Positions 9,818 to 19,453 of a stretch of DNA of 64,000 bases are shown piece after piece. Within the stretch, counting starts at the first letter, position 1. Each line of letters starts with the position of its first letter. Under the pieces are notes generated by a model, which saw only the letters and a list, made by a program, of their open reading frames with translations, searched no databases and was not told the DNA's origin. Position numbers and translations under genes: made by a program. The DNA comes from Candidatus Enterousia sp. (lineage in GTDB: Bacteria; Pseudomonadota; Alphaproteobacteria; Rs-D84). The stretch covers positions 6,029-70,028 of the forward strand of contig JAZNVR010000030.1 of the NCBI GenBank assembly GCA_045592905.1, written 5' to 3'.

Positions 9818-9845
9818 AAATCCCCCAAATTGGGGGATTTTTATT
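9816..9845. terminator. Bidirectional intrinsic terminator (tccccc/ggggga type)
   Basis: The sequence aaaaa-tccccc-aaat-tggggga-ttttt lies between the convergent corA and ABC genes. Confidence 0.75.
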
Positions 9846-11658
9846 TGTCTTGCAAGAATCCACCTGATTGCATATTCCACAATCGTGCATATTCACCATG
9901 TTTACGCAATAATTGTGCATGCGATCCCTGCTCTATAATATGTCCATCTTTTAATACAACAATTCTGTCCATATTACGCAACGTTGATAATCTGTGTGCA
10001 ATCGCAACAGTTGTACGTCCCATTGCCAATTCATCAAATGACTTTTGGATTGCAACCTCTGTTTCGCTATCCAACGCAGATGTTGCTTCATCCAAAACCA
10101 AAATTGGTGCATCTTTTAGAAACGCACGTGCAATCGCAACACGTTGCTTTTGACCACCAGACAATTTTATACCACGATCACCAACCATAGAATCGTACTT
10201 TTTGTCTGTACCCATGATAAAATCATGTGCTGCAGCACGCTTTGCGGCACGACGAATTTCTGCATCTGTTGCCCCAGCCTTGCCATATGCAATATTTTCA
10301 CGCAGTGTACGATTGAACATCGTTGGTTCTTGTGGAATAAACGCAATATTTTCACGTAATGAATCCTGGGTTATATCACGAATATCCTGGCCGTCAATCA
10401 AGATATTTCCCTGGTTTGGGTCATAAAACCGCATCAGCAAATGAACTAATGTTGTTTTACCTGCACCACTGGGCCCAACCAATCCGACACGTTCACCTGG
10501 TTTGATTTTCAAATCAAAATTACGTAAAATCCACTTACGTTTATATTTAAACGACAGATTTCTAAATTCAATTTCACCATGTGAAACATTCAGTGTCTGT
10601 GCATTTTCTGTATCTTGAACATCAACTGGTACAACTAATTCCTTGTACGCCTTCAATGCAGCCCCCAGTCGTTCTGTTATATTTGGTATTTGGTTTACAA
10701 TCATACCAATTGTTCCCATTACATTAAAGAATACAGAATTTGTAAACACGATTTCCGCAATTGTTATCTGGCCCTGTGAATACAACCAAACACATAACAT
10801 CAACGTTAATCCGTAACAGACATCCCAAATTATCATTGGTATACCCCAGAAAACACGCTGAACAAAAAAAGTATGTATAAAAGCCTTGATGCTTTTTCTA
10901 CGTATTGGTTCCAAATATTCACGTTCACGACGCATTCCTGCGAACAGTTTTACAACTGAAAAGTTTGACAAACTGTCAACCACACGCCCTGCTGTTTCGC
11001 TGTTTGCGGCACTTTGATTTTTTGCAGCATTATTCAATGGTTTTATCATAACCCAGCTGTATATCGCACGAAATACGAATACAATACCAAAAATAATCGC
11101 AACATATTTGTTAATAGACAATATCAAGCCCACATTTATTGCAACAATGAACAGCAAACATAATATCCGCCACAAATCTTCAATGGCACGAAATCCATCT
11201 GCTACATAATTTATCTGTGTATGAATTTTTCCAGACATACGTCCTGTCCAAAACGACATAGACTGACTATGTACATAATCATTCAATATAACAGATACAC
11301 GATTTTTCACATTTGGAATCCAACGTCCTGCACATGTGCTACGTATCAATGCACTGATATCTATTGTTAACAACAATACGACGATTAAAATTATTGTTGG
11401 CATTGCATATTCTACTAATGTCATACCTGCCGGCACCGGATTTTCAAACAACGCAATAAACCAGCGCTGAAAATTCGGAAATAAAACACCGTCCAAAGAC
11501 ACAATAAAATAGAACAAAGCCCACAACGCAATAGCAATTCGTGAACCACGTATCGTGTGCTTACAGTAAAATCCCCACAATGATTTAGGCAGTTCTAAAT
11601 CTTGCGACTTTCGTTTTTTATTGGAAGACTTTGGCCATCCAATGATTCTGCGTAACAT
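9841..11658 (-). CDS. ABC exporter, fused permease/ATPase (MsbA/lipid A-type family)
   Basis: N-terminal 6-TM domain, Walker A GPSGAGKTT, signature LSGGQKQR and Walker B ILVLDEATSALD. ATG with an AAAAAGGA RBS. Confidence 0.85.
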   Translation of the reverse strand: MLRRIIGWPKSSNKKRKSQDLELPKSLWGFYCKHTIRGSRIAIALWALFYFIVSLDGVLFPNFQRWFIALFENPVPAGMTLVEYAMPTIILIVVLLLTIDISALIRSTCAGRWIPNVKNRVSVILNDYVHSQSMSFWTGRMSGKIHTQINYVADGFRAIEDLWRILCLLFIVAINVGLILSINKYVAIIFGIVFVFRAIYSWVMIKPLNNAAKNQSAANSETAGRVVDSLSNFSVVKLFAGMRREREYLEPIRRKSIKAFIHTFFVQRVFWGIPMIIWDVCYGLTLMLCVWLYSQGQITIAEIVFTNSVFFNVMGTIGMIVNQIPNITERLGAALKAYKELVVPVDVQDTENAQTLNVSHGEIEFRNLSFKYKRKWILRNFDLKIKPGERVGLVGPSGAGKTTLVHLLMRFYDPNQGNILIDGQDIRDITQDSLRENIAFIPQEPTMFNRTLRENIAYGKAGATDAEIRRAAKRAAAHDFIMGTDKKYDSMVGDRGIKLSGGQKQRVAIARAFLKDAPILVLDEATSALDSETEVAIQKSFDELAMGRTTVAIAHRLSTLRNMDRIVVLKDGHIIEQGSHAQLLRKHGEYARLWNMQSGGFLQDK

Positions 11659-11835
11659 AAGTTATCCTTTTTGTTAAAAATTAAATTTTTATTTCTAAAA
11701 TATTGCCCCCCAAGACCCTATGGCCCAAATATTTTGACGGACAACATTACATATACAGCAATATCACTGGTGCCTCCTTTTAATATTGGTTAAATGATAA
11801 TGCGGCTAGTGTTATAACACAAAAACATATCGTTG

Positions 11836-13611
11836 TCAATATTTTTTTTGAATTATTTCCTTGAATATTTCTGCCGGGATTGTTCCACCTGTTATCTTGG
11901 AATTCATTGGTGTAAAATCATCATTTCCCATCCATACGCCAATAACTATATCATCTGTTGCACCAATAAACCACGCATCACGATTACCATTACTGGTTCC
12001 TGTTTTTCCGCCCAAAACACCATCTGTTCTGGCACGTCCCCCTGTTCCACCGGGTGCCACAACATCTGCCAGCAGTTTTGACATATATTCAACAGTTTGC
12101 GGTTGTAATACCTGGATTGGTTCAGATGGATTACGTTCATAAATAATATTTCCAGATGCATCTGTTACCCTGGTTATTGAATATGGTCGCACAGAAAAAC
12201 CATTATTCCAAATAACTGCGTAAATATTTGTTAAATCTAGCAAACTCATTTCAGAAGCCCCCAAAACAGTTGAGTATTCACGACGCAACTTTGTTCCGAC
12301 CCCCAAACGATTTGCCATATTTAACACAGAATCAATTCCATATTCTTTGGTTAATTTTAATGGTACAGAATTAACGCTTTTTGCGAACGCTGTTGATAAC
12401 GTAATATCGCCATAATATTTTTCATTATAATTCTTTGGGTTATAGTCCCCAACCGCAAACGGGGAATCATTTACGTACGCATCTGGTGTCAAGCCATTTT
12501 CCAATGCAACCAAGTATACAACTGGCTTAAAACTGCTGCCTGGTTGGCGTGGTGAAGTTGACCGATTAAATTGACTGGTTTGGTAATCGGTACCACCACT
12601 CATTGCACGCAACGCACCATCAACTTCCATTGCAACAACCGCTCCCTGATAATCACCGGTTTTATCAGCCAATATTGCGGCAACATCATCCTGGACACCC
12701 ATATCCAGTGTGGTATACACATATAAATCAGATTCAAACTCTCCTATTCTGGAACGTAATTCATCCATTACAAAATCTGTCCAATATCTGTATTGATTTG
12801 TATTTCCACTTGGGACAGCAGGTCCTAAACTTTGTGCTGCGATACGTGCCTGATTTATATCAATATAGCCTTGACGCACCATTTCAGTTAATACCACCCT
12901 GGCCCGTTCTATATTTTTTTGCGGATTACGCAACGGACTGTATGTTGTTGGTGCCTTTAACATTGCAGCAATTTGTGCTGCCTGTCCGACTGACAATTTA
13001 CTGGCGGGCACTTGAAACATGACACGTGCAGTTGCATCAATTCCACGCATTCCGCCAACCAGTGACACACGATTCATATATAAATCCAGGACCTGATTTT
13101 TAGTAAAACGATTTTCCAACCAATATGATAGAATCAATTCTTGTACTTTTCGTGAAATCTTTTTTTCACGCGATAAAAATATATTTTTTGCTGTTTGCTG
13201 TGTAATCGTAGAACCACCCGCAGCAATTCGCCCAGATGCCAGATTAGAAAAAATTGCACGTGTTATTCCACGCAAATCAATTGGTCCATGCTTAAAGAAA
13301 CGCTTATCTTCAATTGCAACAATCGCCTGCCAAACATGTGGAGGCAATGTTTCTACGGACACAGGGGTTCCCATTATACGATTTGCACTGCGAATTTCAT
13401 TCCCATCTTTGTCCAAGAACATAACCGCTGCTGGTCTGGTTTCATGCAAAATTGCATCTAATGATGGCATACGTAAATATATATACCCAACATACCCAGC
13501 AACACCAACACCACACAACAAAACAAAATTCAACAGATAAACAATCAGTCGCCATTTCCACGACTTCTGCGGTTGTATTTTTTCAATTTTTTTATTCTTT
13601 ATTCGTTGCAT
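11836..13611 (-). CDS. Class A penicillin-binding protein (glycosyltransferase GT51 + transpeptidase), compact
   Basis: Signal anchor, GT51 motifs (EDKRFFKHGPID, GGSTITQQ), and transpeptidase motifs SSFKP, SVNS and KTGTS. Confidence 0.85.
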   Translation of the reverse strand: MQRIKNKKIEKIQPQKSWKWRLIVYLLNFVLLCGVGVAGYVGYIYLRMPSLDAILHETRPAAVMFLDKDGNEIRSANRIMGTPVSVETLPPHVWQAIVAIEDKRFFKHGPIDLRGITRAIFSNLASGRIAAGGSTITQQTAKNIFLSREKKISRKVQELILSYWLENRFTKNQVLDLYMNRVSLVGGMRGIDATARVMFQVPASKLSVGQAAQIAAMLKAPTTYSPLRNPQKNIERARVVLTEMVRQGYIDINQARIAAQSLGPAVPSGNTNQYRYWTDFVMDELRSRIGEFESDLYVYTTLDMGVQDDVAAILADKTGDYQGAVVAMEVDGALRAMSGGTDYQTSQFNRSTSPRQPGSSFKPVVYLVALENGLTPDAYVNDSPFAVGDYNPKNYNEKYYGDITLSTAFAKSVNSVPLKLTKEYGIDSVLNMANRLGVGTKLRREYSTVLGASEMSLLDLTNIYAVIWNNGFSVRPYSITRVTDASGNIIYERNPSEPIQVLQPQTVEYMSKLLADVVAPGGTGGRARTDGVLGGKTGTSNGNRDAWFIGATDDIVIGVWMGNDDFTPMNSKITGGTIPAEIFKEIIQKKY

Positions 13612-13708
13612 ACAGACAAAATCCTTGGGTATATTTTACCATAAACGCCTTGCTTTTTTTAGTACAATTTATAATGATAATAACACAAACAGACAAAGGA
13701 ATATTATC

Positions 13709-14314
13709 ATGAAACAACCTATTATTGCATTGGCATTAATATTGACAGCACACCCTGTTATTGCATACGGTTATAATGGCACAGACATACAACAACGTGA
13801 TACATATGTCGGCATCAGAATACATAAAAACGAAAATATTGCATTTGAATACAAACCATCAGTCGGTGATGAAACGACAGTACGTCGGGACAGTTTCGGT
13901 ATTGGTGGCACATTTGGCAACAGATTAAGCGACCATATTACCGTTGAATTTGAGACATCATACACAGGTGCATCACAATCAAATTTTGATTATGATATAT
14001 GGTCAAACATGTTTAACACATATTTATTCCAAGAATATTCTGGTGCAATATCGCCATATATTGGTCTGGGCATTGGATTTGCCAGCATTTGGGGTGATAT
14101 TACAACAAATGAATATCAGATATCTGATTCTACGTTTGATTTATCTTTCCAAACCATGCTGGGGGTAAATTTTGCATTAAATGAACGTATTGATTTTAAT
14201 CTTGGTATAAAATATCAATATTACGGTGTACTTGAACACAACAAGTATGGAAAGACAACTGCTGATGCCACAGAATTTTACTTTGGTGCATCTTATAAAT
14301 TTGGATTAAAATAA
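13709..14314 (+). CDS. Outer-membrane beta-barrel protein (Omp25/31 / OMP_b-brl-like)
   Basis: Signal peptide MKQPIIALALILTAHPVIAYG, an alternating beta-strand pattern and an aromatic-rich C-terminus (FYFGASYKF). ATG at 13709 with an AAAGGA RBS. Confidence 0.55.
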   Translation: MKQPIIALALILTAHPVIAYGYNGTDIQQRDTYVGIRIHKNENIAFEYKPSVGDETTVRRDSFGIGGTFGNRLSDHITVEFETSYTGASQSNFDYDIWSNMFNTYLFQEYSGAISPYIGLGIGFASIWGDITTNEYQISDSTFDLSFQTMLGVNFALNERIDFNLGIKYQYYGVLEHNKYGKTTADATEFYFGASYKFGLK

Positions 14315-14341
14315 AAATCCCGCAAATGCGGGATTTTTTTA
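14314..14341. terminator. Bidirectional intrinsic terminator
   Basis: The sequence aaaaa-tcccgc-aaat-gcggga-ttttttt. Confidence 0.75.
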
Positions 14342-14344
14342 ATC

Positions 14345-14551
14345 TTAGAAACCGAAAACCATACGTTGTTTAGATTGACGTTTCTTTTCATTACGAACGG
14401 CTTCTTCTTTCAAGCGTTTACGTTTTGTTGTTGGTTTTTCAAAACGCTGACGTTCTTTCATTTCGCGGTACAGACCTTCTTTTTGTGATTTGCGTTTTGC
14501 AACACGCAATGCCTGTTCTACGTTATTATCGCGAACCAAAACTTTTACCAT
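14345..14551 (-). CDS. rpsU: 30S ribosomal protein S21
   Basis: The sequence [46 protein letters not shown]... is a typical S21. RBS AAAAGGGGG. Confidence 0.9.
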   Translation of the reverse strand: MVKVLVRDNNVEQALRVAKRKSQKEGLYREMKERQRFEKPTTKRKRLKEEAVRNEKKRQSKQRMVFGF

Positions 14552-14625
14552 ATATATTCACCCCCTTTTGGCGAATTTGTATTTATCTTGTTAAAAAGGG
14601 GATTTATATCCCCTTTCCTGTGTTT

Positions 14626-14701
14626 TGGTGGAGCTGATCAGGCTCGAACTGACGACCCCCTGCTTGCAAAGCAGGTGCTCTACCAACTGAGCTACAACCC
14701 C
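14626..14701 (-). tRNA. tRNA-Ala (anticodon TGC), CCA encoded
   Basis: Reverse complement is GGGGTTGTAGCTCAGTTGGTAGAGCACCTGCTTTGCAAGCAGGGGGTCGTCAGTTCGAGCCTGATCAGCTCCACCA. The G3:U70 identity pair is present and the anticodon loop is ttTGCaa. Confidence 0.9.
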
Positions 14702-14820
14702 AAAACTTTGCACCTTTATTACTAAAAGCGAATTGATTTTATACATTATCAAAACAAATGTCAACAGAAAAAATATTTATAGATTAAAAACAACCTTCTG
14801 CAACAACATGGCATACAATC

Positions 14821-14848
14821 AAAAAAACGCCACTTTTGGCGTTTTTTA
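14821..14848. terminator. Intrinsic terminator downstream of the LRR gene
   Basis: The sequence aaaaaa-acgcca-cttt-tggcgt-ttttt. Confidence 0.65.
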
Positions 14849-14865
14849 TATATTGTGTTAATATT

Positions 14866-15765
14866 CTATTTCATATTTTGTTTAGCCCGTCTGGCCAACT
14901 TGCCAGAAATTTCTTTTTGCTTGGCTGCAACACGTGCCGCCAGTTGTATTTGTGCATATTTCGCTTTCAAAGACTCTTTATCACAAATAAAATCACCGCC
15001 AATTTCTGACGTAAAACCATCTAATGACATTAATAATTTATTTCCAGAACAATCAAAATCGTCACCAACAGTTTGCGGTGCACCATCCAGTGATGTTAAT
15101 TGGTTATCAGAACAATCAAAATACCCACCGACACTTTTTGGTGCACCCGCTAGTGTTGTTAATTGGTTGGCCCTACAATTAATACCACCACCAACAGTTT
15201 GCGGTGCGCCATCCAATGTTGTTAATTGGTTATCATAACAATCAAAATCCCCACCAACGCTTTTTGGTGCACCCGCCAGTGATGTTAATTGGTTACCAGA
15301 ACAATCAAAATGCCTTTCAACCTTTTCTGGTGCACCCACCAGCGATGTTAATTGATTATGATAGCAATAAAACATACCACCAACACTTTTTGGTGCACCC
15401 ACCAGTGATGTTAATTGGTTACCAGAACAATCAAAACGCCCACCGACACTTTTTGGTGCACCCGCCAGTGATGTTAAATCGTTAGAAATACAATTAAAAT
15501 CCCCTTCAACCTTTTCTGGCGCACCCACCAGCGATTTTAATTGGTTATCATAACAATAAAAATCACCGCCAACACTTTTTGGTGCACCCGCCAGTTTTGT
15601 TAACTTGTTCCAACTACAATTAAAATCCCCAGTTACAGTAACAGCGGACAAGTCTGGCAATTCTGTCAATCCCATATTCGACAAATCCAAATTACCCATT
15701 AACACCATATCATCTGGGATTGTTATTGTTTGAATTTTCCTATTGACTCTACATTTTATTTCCAC
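14866..15765 (-). CDS. Leucine-rich-repeat protein built from about 11 tandem 22-aa Cys-containing repeats
   Basis: Repeats of NQLTSL(A/V/D)GAP(K/E/Q)xVGGxF(D/N/Y)C(S/Y)x. GTG start at 15765 with an AAGGAG RBS 7 nt upstream. No obvious signal peptide. Confidence 0.7.
   Translation of the reverse strand: MEIKCRVNRKIQTITIPDDMVLMGNLDLSNMGLTELPDLSAVTVTGDFNCSWNKLTKLAGAPKSVGGDFYCYDNQLKSLVGAPEKVEGDFNCISNDLTSLAGAPKSVGGRFDCSGNQLTSLVGAPKSVGGMFYCYHNQLTSLVGAPEKVERHFDCSGNQLTSLAGAPKSVGGDFDCYDNQLTTLDGAPQTVGGGINCRANQLTTLAGAPKSVGGYFDCSDNQLTSLDGAPQTVGDDFDCSGNKLLMSLDGFTSEIGGDFICDKESLKAKYAQIQLAARVAAKQKEISGKLARRAKQNMK
14960..15650 (-). repeat. Tandem 66-bp coding repeats (22-aa LRR units)
   Basis: Repeated ggtgcacc(c/a)(g/c)cc/agtgatgttaattggtt... 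blocks are visible on the + strand throughout this span. Confidence 0.7.
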
Positions 15766-15866
15766 TATACAACTCCTTTATTCTAGACACAGAATAACAC
15801 AAAAGTCGATAAAGTCAACAACCTATAATTAGCAGGTAAATTAAATAGAACAGTTTAGATAAAAGC

Positions 15867-15913
15867 AAAACGGGAATCGTAGTGTACATGACGCTACATG
15901 AGATTCCCGTTTT
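15867..15913. terminator. Long hairpin between the LRR gene start region and the clpB stop
   Basis: Stem aaaacgggaatc (15867-78) pairs with gattcccgtttt (15902-13), with A/T runs on both sides. Confidence 0.55.
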
Positions 15914-15935
15914 GATTTTAGATGAATTGTTATAT

Positions 15936-17993
15936 TTAATTTACGGTCAGGTCTTTACCTTTGACATCTATATACACAGTACTGCCTTCACCAATGGTGC
16001 CGGACAATATCAGGTCCGCAATTTTATCTTCAACCGCAGATGTTATCAAACGCTTTAATGGACGAGCACCAAATACGGCATCATAACCGTTGTCGCCCAA
16101 CCACTTTATTGCCTTGTCTGTGATATTCAGGTCAATTCTGCGTTCTGCCAGACGTTTTTCCAAACCACGCAGTTGAATCCGAACAATACCAGCCATCACA
16201 TCTTTGCCCAGTGGGTTAAAGAATACAATTTCATCAACACGATTTATAAATTCTGGACGAAACTGTCTTTTAACTGCTTCCATATCTGGCAAATTGCTGG
16301 TCATTATAATGATAGTATTGGTAAAGTTCACAACATGCCCCTGGCCATCTGTTAAACGACCATCGTCCAAGATTTGCAAGAACACATTGAAAACATCTGG
16401 GTTTGCCTTTTCAATTTCATCAAACAACAAGACTTGATATGGTCTGCGTCTGACACTTTCGGTCAGCACCCCACCCTGTTCATATCCGACATACCCTGGG
16501 GGACTGCCGATTAAGCGTGACACAGAATGTGGTTCCATATATTCACTCATATCAATTCTTGTCATGGCCGTATCATCATTAAACAAGTATTCTGCCAATG
16601 CTTTTGCGACTTCGGTTTTACCAACGCCTGTGGGACCCAAGAACATAAAACTGCCCATTGGTCTGCGTGGATCAGACAATCCCGCACGACTGCGACGAAT
16701 CGCCCTTGCAATAACCCCCAGTGCATGATCTTGGCCAACGACACGATTTCGCAATGCATCTTCTATATTTAATAACTTTGATTGTTCTTCGGCATTTAAT
16801 CTGTCTGCCGGCACACCAGTCCATTTACTGACCACTGCCGCAATATGTTCTGGCAAAACAGTTTTGTATTCTTTTGCGTCTGCGTTCATTTTGGCAATTT
16901 TATCTTCCAGTTCTGGAATTTTACCATATTGTAATGCAGATGCCTTTTCATAGTCCCCATTACGCATTGCGGTCGCAACTTCGGCTTTGGCCACATCCAG
17001 TGCCGCCATTGCATCTGACAGGCCACGCATTTTTTGTTGTTCCGCATGCCATTGGGCTGTTAAGTCTTTGGATTCAGCCTCTACACTTTTAATAATATTT
17101 TCCAAATCTGCCAGACGTTTTTTAGATTCGTCATCTTTTTCTTTTTTCAATGCCTGTTGTTCTATTTTCAACTGCATCAAATGTCTGTCTACTTCATCTA
17201 GTTTATCTGGCTTGGATGCAATTTCAATACGTACACGTGCAGCGGCTTCGTCAATTAAATCAATTGCTTTATCCGGCAAGAATCTGTCTGTGATATAACG
17301 ATTTGATAATTTCACAGCAGACACTAATGCAGCATCTGCAATACGCACACCATGATGACCTTCGTATTTTTCTTTCAAGCCACGTAATATAGAAATTGTA
17401 TCATCAACAGTTGGTTCATCAACATATACAGGCTGAAAACGACGTGCCAACGCAGGGTCTTTTTCAATATACTGGCGATATTCATCCAATGTCGTTGCAC
17501 CCAAACAGTGTAATTCACCACGTGCCAACATTGGTTTTAATAAATTTGCAGCGTCCATACTGCCTTCACCTTTGCCGGCACCAACCAAGGTATGCAATTC
17601 ATCAATGAACAAAATTATTTTACCATCTGCATCTTTGACCGCTTTTAATATTGCTTTCAATCTGCCTTCAAACTGTCCACGAAATGACGCACCGGCCATT
17701 AACGCCCCCATATCCAGGCTTAACAATTGCTTTTTCAACAAATTTTCTGGTACATCCCCAGAAATAATACGTGTTGCCAGTCCTTCTACAATTGCGGTTT
17801 TACCGACACCCGGATTACCAATCAGCACAGGATTATTTTTGGTACGACGGCTTAACACCTGGATAGTGCGACGAATTTCTTCATCCCGTCCGATAACAGG
17901 ATCCAATTTTCCGTCTGCTGCCAATTTTGTAAAATCTGTTGTATATTTTTCAATTGCCTGTTGTGGCGTTTCTTGTAAATCATCTGGATTCAT
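15936..17993 (-). CDS. clpB: ClpB disaggregase lacking the N-terminal domain (starts at the position equivalent to the E. coli ClpB-80 internal start)
   Basis: The sequence [73 protein letters not shown]... is followed by two AAA+ modules and a middle coiled-coil. The 27 codons upstream in the ORF are not ClpB-like. Confidence 0.85.
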   Translation of the reverse strand: MNPDDLQETPQQAIEKYTTDFTKLAADGKLDPVIGRDEEIRRTIQVLSRRTKNNPVLIGNPGVGKTAIVEGLATRIISGDVPENLLKKQLLSLDMGALMAGASFRGQFEGRLKAILKAVKDADGKIILFIDELHTLVGAGKGEGSMDAANLLKPMLARGELHCLGATTLDEYRQYIEKDPALARRFQPVYVDEPTVDDTISILRGLKEKYEGHHGVRIADAALVSAVKLSNRYITDRFLPDKAIDLIDEAAARVRIEIASKPDKLDEVDRHLMQLKIEQQALKKEKDDESKKRLADLENIIKSVEAESKDLTAQWHAEQQKMRGLSDAMAALDVAKAEVATAMRNGDYEKASALQYGKIPELEDKIAKMNADAKEYKTVLPEHIAAVVSKWTGVPADRLNAEEQSKLLNIEDALRNRVVGQDHALGVIARAIRRSRAGLSDPRRPMGSFMFLGPTGVGKTEVAKALAEYLFNDDTAMTRIDMSEYMEPHSVSRLIGSPPGYVGYEQGGVLTESVRRRPYQVLLFDEIEKANPDVFNVFLQILDDGRLTDGQGHVVNFTNTIIIMTSNLPDMEAVKRQFRPEFINRVDEIVFFNPLGKDVMAGIVRIQLRGLEKRLAERRIDLNITDKAIKWLGDNGYDAVFGARPLKRLITSAVEDKIADLILSGTIGEGSTVYIDVKGKDLTVN

Positions 17994-18159
17994 AAGAACA
18001 CTCCTTAAATCTGTTTTTTCTGCGATATATATAGTGCCACAAAAAAACCTTTCAAGACACAGGAACGAATACATAATAAAAAAGTTAAAACAACACTTGA
18101 CTTTTCTAGAAATTTATTATAAATTTAGTCCGCTATATAATAATTTAAGGATAAGTATT

Positions 18160-18528
18160 ATGCCACGTGTATGTAAAGTTACAGGTAAGAAAACAGAAGT
18201 TGGGATGAATGTATCTCACTCTCATCGTCGTACAAAACGTACATTCTTACCAAATCTGCAAACATTAAAGTTCCACAGTGATATTTTGGGACGCGATTTT
18301 TCATTACGCATTTCAACTGCTGGTCTGCGTACATTGACCAAGCATGGCGGTTTGGATGCATACGTAATGGCAAAACCAGTATCACGTCTAACAGAAGATA
18401 TGGCTGCAATCAAAAAAGCCATTGAAAAAAAGGCTGGCAAACCAGCGGCACCTGCAAAAAAGCCTGCACACAAGGCAAACCGCAGTGCACGTTTGGTAAA
18501 AAAAGTTGAAGCAAAGAAAGCCGCTTAA
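18160..18528 (+). CDS. rpmB: 50S ribosomal protein L28 with a Lys/Ala-rich C-terminal extension
   Basis: MPRVCKVTGKKTEVGMNVSHSHRRTKRTFLPNLQ... with ATG at 18160. The track ORF 17572-18528 is a read-in artefact antisense to clpB. Confidence 0.9.
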   Translation: MPRVCKVTGKKTEVGMNVSHSHRRTKRTFLPNLQTLKFHSDILGRDFSLRISTAGLRTLTKHGGLDAYVMAKPVSRLTEDMAAIKKAIEKKAGKPAAPAKKPAHKANRSARLVKKVEAKKAA

Positions 18529-18548
18529 TAAACGCTTTCTGATGCCAT

Positions 18549-18633
18549 GGCCCCGTGGCGCAATTGCTAGACGCGCCTGTCTCAAAATCAAGTTCTGCAA
18601 GGAGTGTCGGTTCGAGTCCGACCAGGGCCACCA
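18549..18633 (+). tRNA. tRNA-Leu (anticodon CAA), type II long variable arm, CCA encoded
   Basis: Acceptor GGCCCCG/CAGGGCC, T-arm gtcgg-ttcgagt-ccgac, anticodon loop ctCAAaa. Non-canonical pairs: C.A in the acceptor stem, and C.A plus U.U in the anticodon stem. Confidence 0.75.
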
Positions 18634-18890
18634 GATTAATAAACATCCCATTTGGGATGTTTTTTATTTTTCCTGTGTCGGACGAAGAACCGACCGGTTC
18701 GAGCCGCAGGCGAAAGGGGCCCATAGAGCAACAGCGAATATGGGAATTTACAGTCCGACCAGGGCCACCAGATTAATAAACATCCCATTTGGGGTGTTTT
18801 TTATTTTTCCTGTGTCGGACGAAGAACCGACCGGTTCGAGCCGCAGGCGAAAGGGGCCCATAGAGCAACAGCGAATATGGGAATTTACAG
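18617..18890 (+). repeat. Tandem direct repeat, 2 x 137 bp (1 mismatch), each unit beginning with the last 17 nt of tRNA-Leu
   Basis: Unit 1 is 18617-18753 and unit 2 is 18754-18890. Each unit reads tccgaccagggccaccag, then a terminator hairpin (aaacatccca-tttgggatgttttt), then ~90 bp containing a second degenerate T-arm-like fragment (gtgtcgg...ggttcgagcc). Confidence 0.9.
18643..18668 (+). terminator. Intrinsic terminator after tRNA-Leu (duplicated at ~18780-18805)
   Basis: Stem acatccc-attt-gggatgt followed by tttttatttt. Confidence 0.65.
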
Positions 18891-18956
18891 TACGTACACA
18901 TATCCTATTTTACCAACACTTATTCTAGAACGACCTTGATTTTTATACAAATTTTA

Positions 18957-18984
18957 TTGACAAACAAGATATTTTGTTTATAAT
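18957..18984 (+). promoter_or_regulatory. Consensus sigma70 promoter TTGACA-16-TATAAT
   Basis: TTGACA at 18957-62 and TATAAT at 18979-84, upstream of the lipoprotein gene at 19017. Confidence 0.65.
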
Positions 18985-19016
18985 ATGTCAAAACATTCCA
19001 ACAAAAGGACACAAAA

Positions 19017-19394
19017 ATGAAAACAAAAAATACATTATTGGTTTTAGCTTCATCATTAGTTATGGGGGCATGCAATTTTGATCCAACGATTACAGAAGCA
19101 AATCCAGAAAACAGATCGTCAAACCAGAACGACACAATTCGTATAACAGGTGTATTTACACAAGGTAAAAGTTATACTAATGGCAGATATAAGTATTTTG
19201 ATGCAGTGAATAAAAACGGAAAGAAATACTTTATTAACTATGATGTAGACGATGTTGCATATAAACTCATAGAAACAGACGCAAGAATTGCTGCTTTCAC
19301 AGAACGTGGTGATACAGTAGTAATACAAAATGGTAAATTTTTCAAAAACCTGACCCAAGAAAGATTACAATCAGAATTCGTAAAAAGTAAATAA
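19017..19394 (+). CDS. Small lipoprotein (125 aa)
   Basis: Signal peptide with lipobox (LVMGAC). RBS AAAAGGA. A terminator follows. Confidence 0.55.
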   Translation: MKTKNTLLVLASSLVMGACNFDPTITEANPENRSSNQNDTIRITGVFTQGKSYTNGRYKYFDAVNKNGKKYFINYDVDDVAYKLIETDARIAAFTERGDTVVIQNGKFFKNLTQERLQSEFVKSK

Positions 19395-19412
19395 CCTTTT
19401 GTGAATCATATG

Positions 19413-19438
19413 AAAAAACCACCAAATGGTGGTTTTTT
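19413..19438. terminator. Bidirectional intrinsic terminator
   Basis: The sequence aaaaaa-ccacc-aaat-ggtgg-tttttt. Confidence 0.7.
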
Positions 19439-19453
19439 ATATAAATTCCAAAA

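Noticed and set aside
17572-18159. Upstream 196 codons of the track ORF 17572-18528 (+)
   Set aside because: It is antisense to clpB and merely reads into rpmB. The true L28 start is the ATG at 18160.
18617-18890. Possible CRISPR array or tmRNA/tRNA-like gene in the repeat after tRNA-Leu
   Set aside because: There are only two long (137 bp) contiguous units with no spacers, so it is not CRISPR. The T-arm-like fragment has only a 3-bp stem and no acceptor pairing or Ala-type G:U, so it is neither a functional tRNA nor a two-piece tmRNA.
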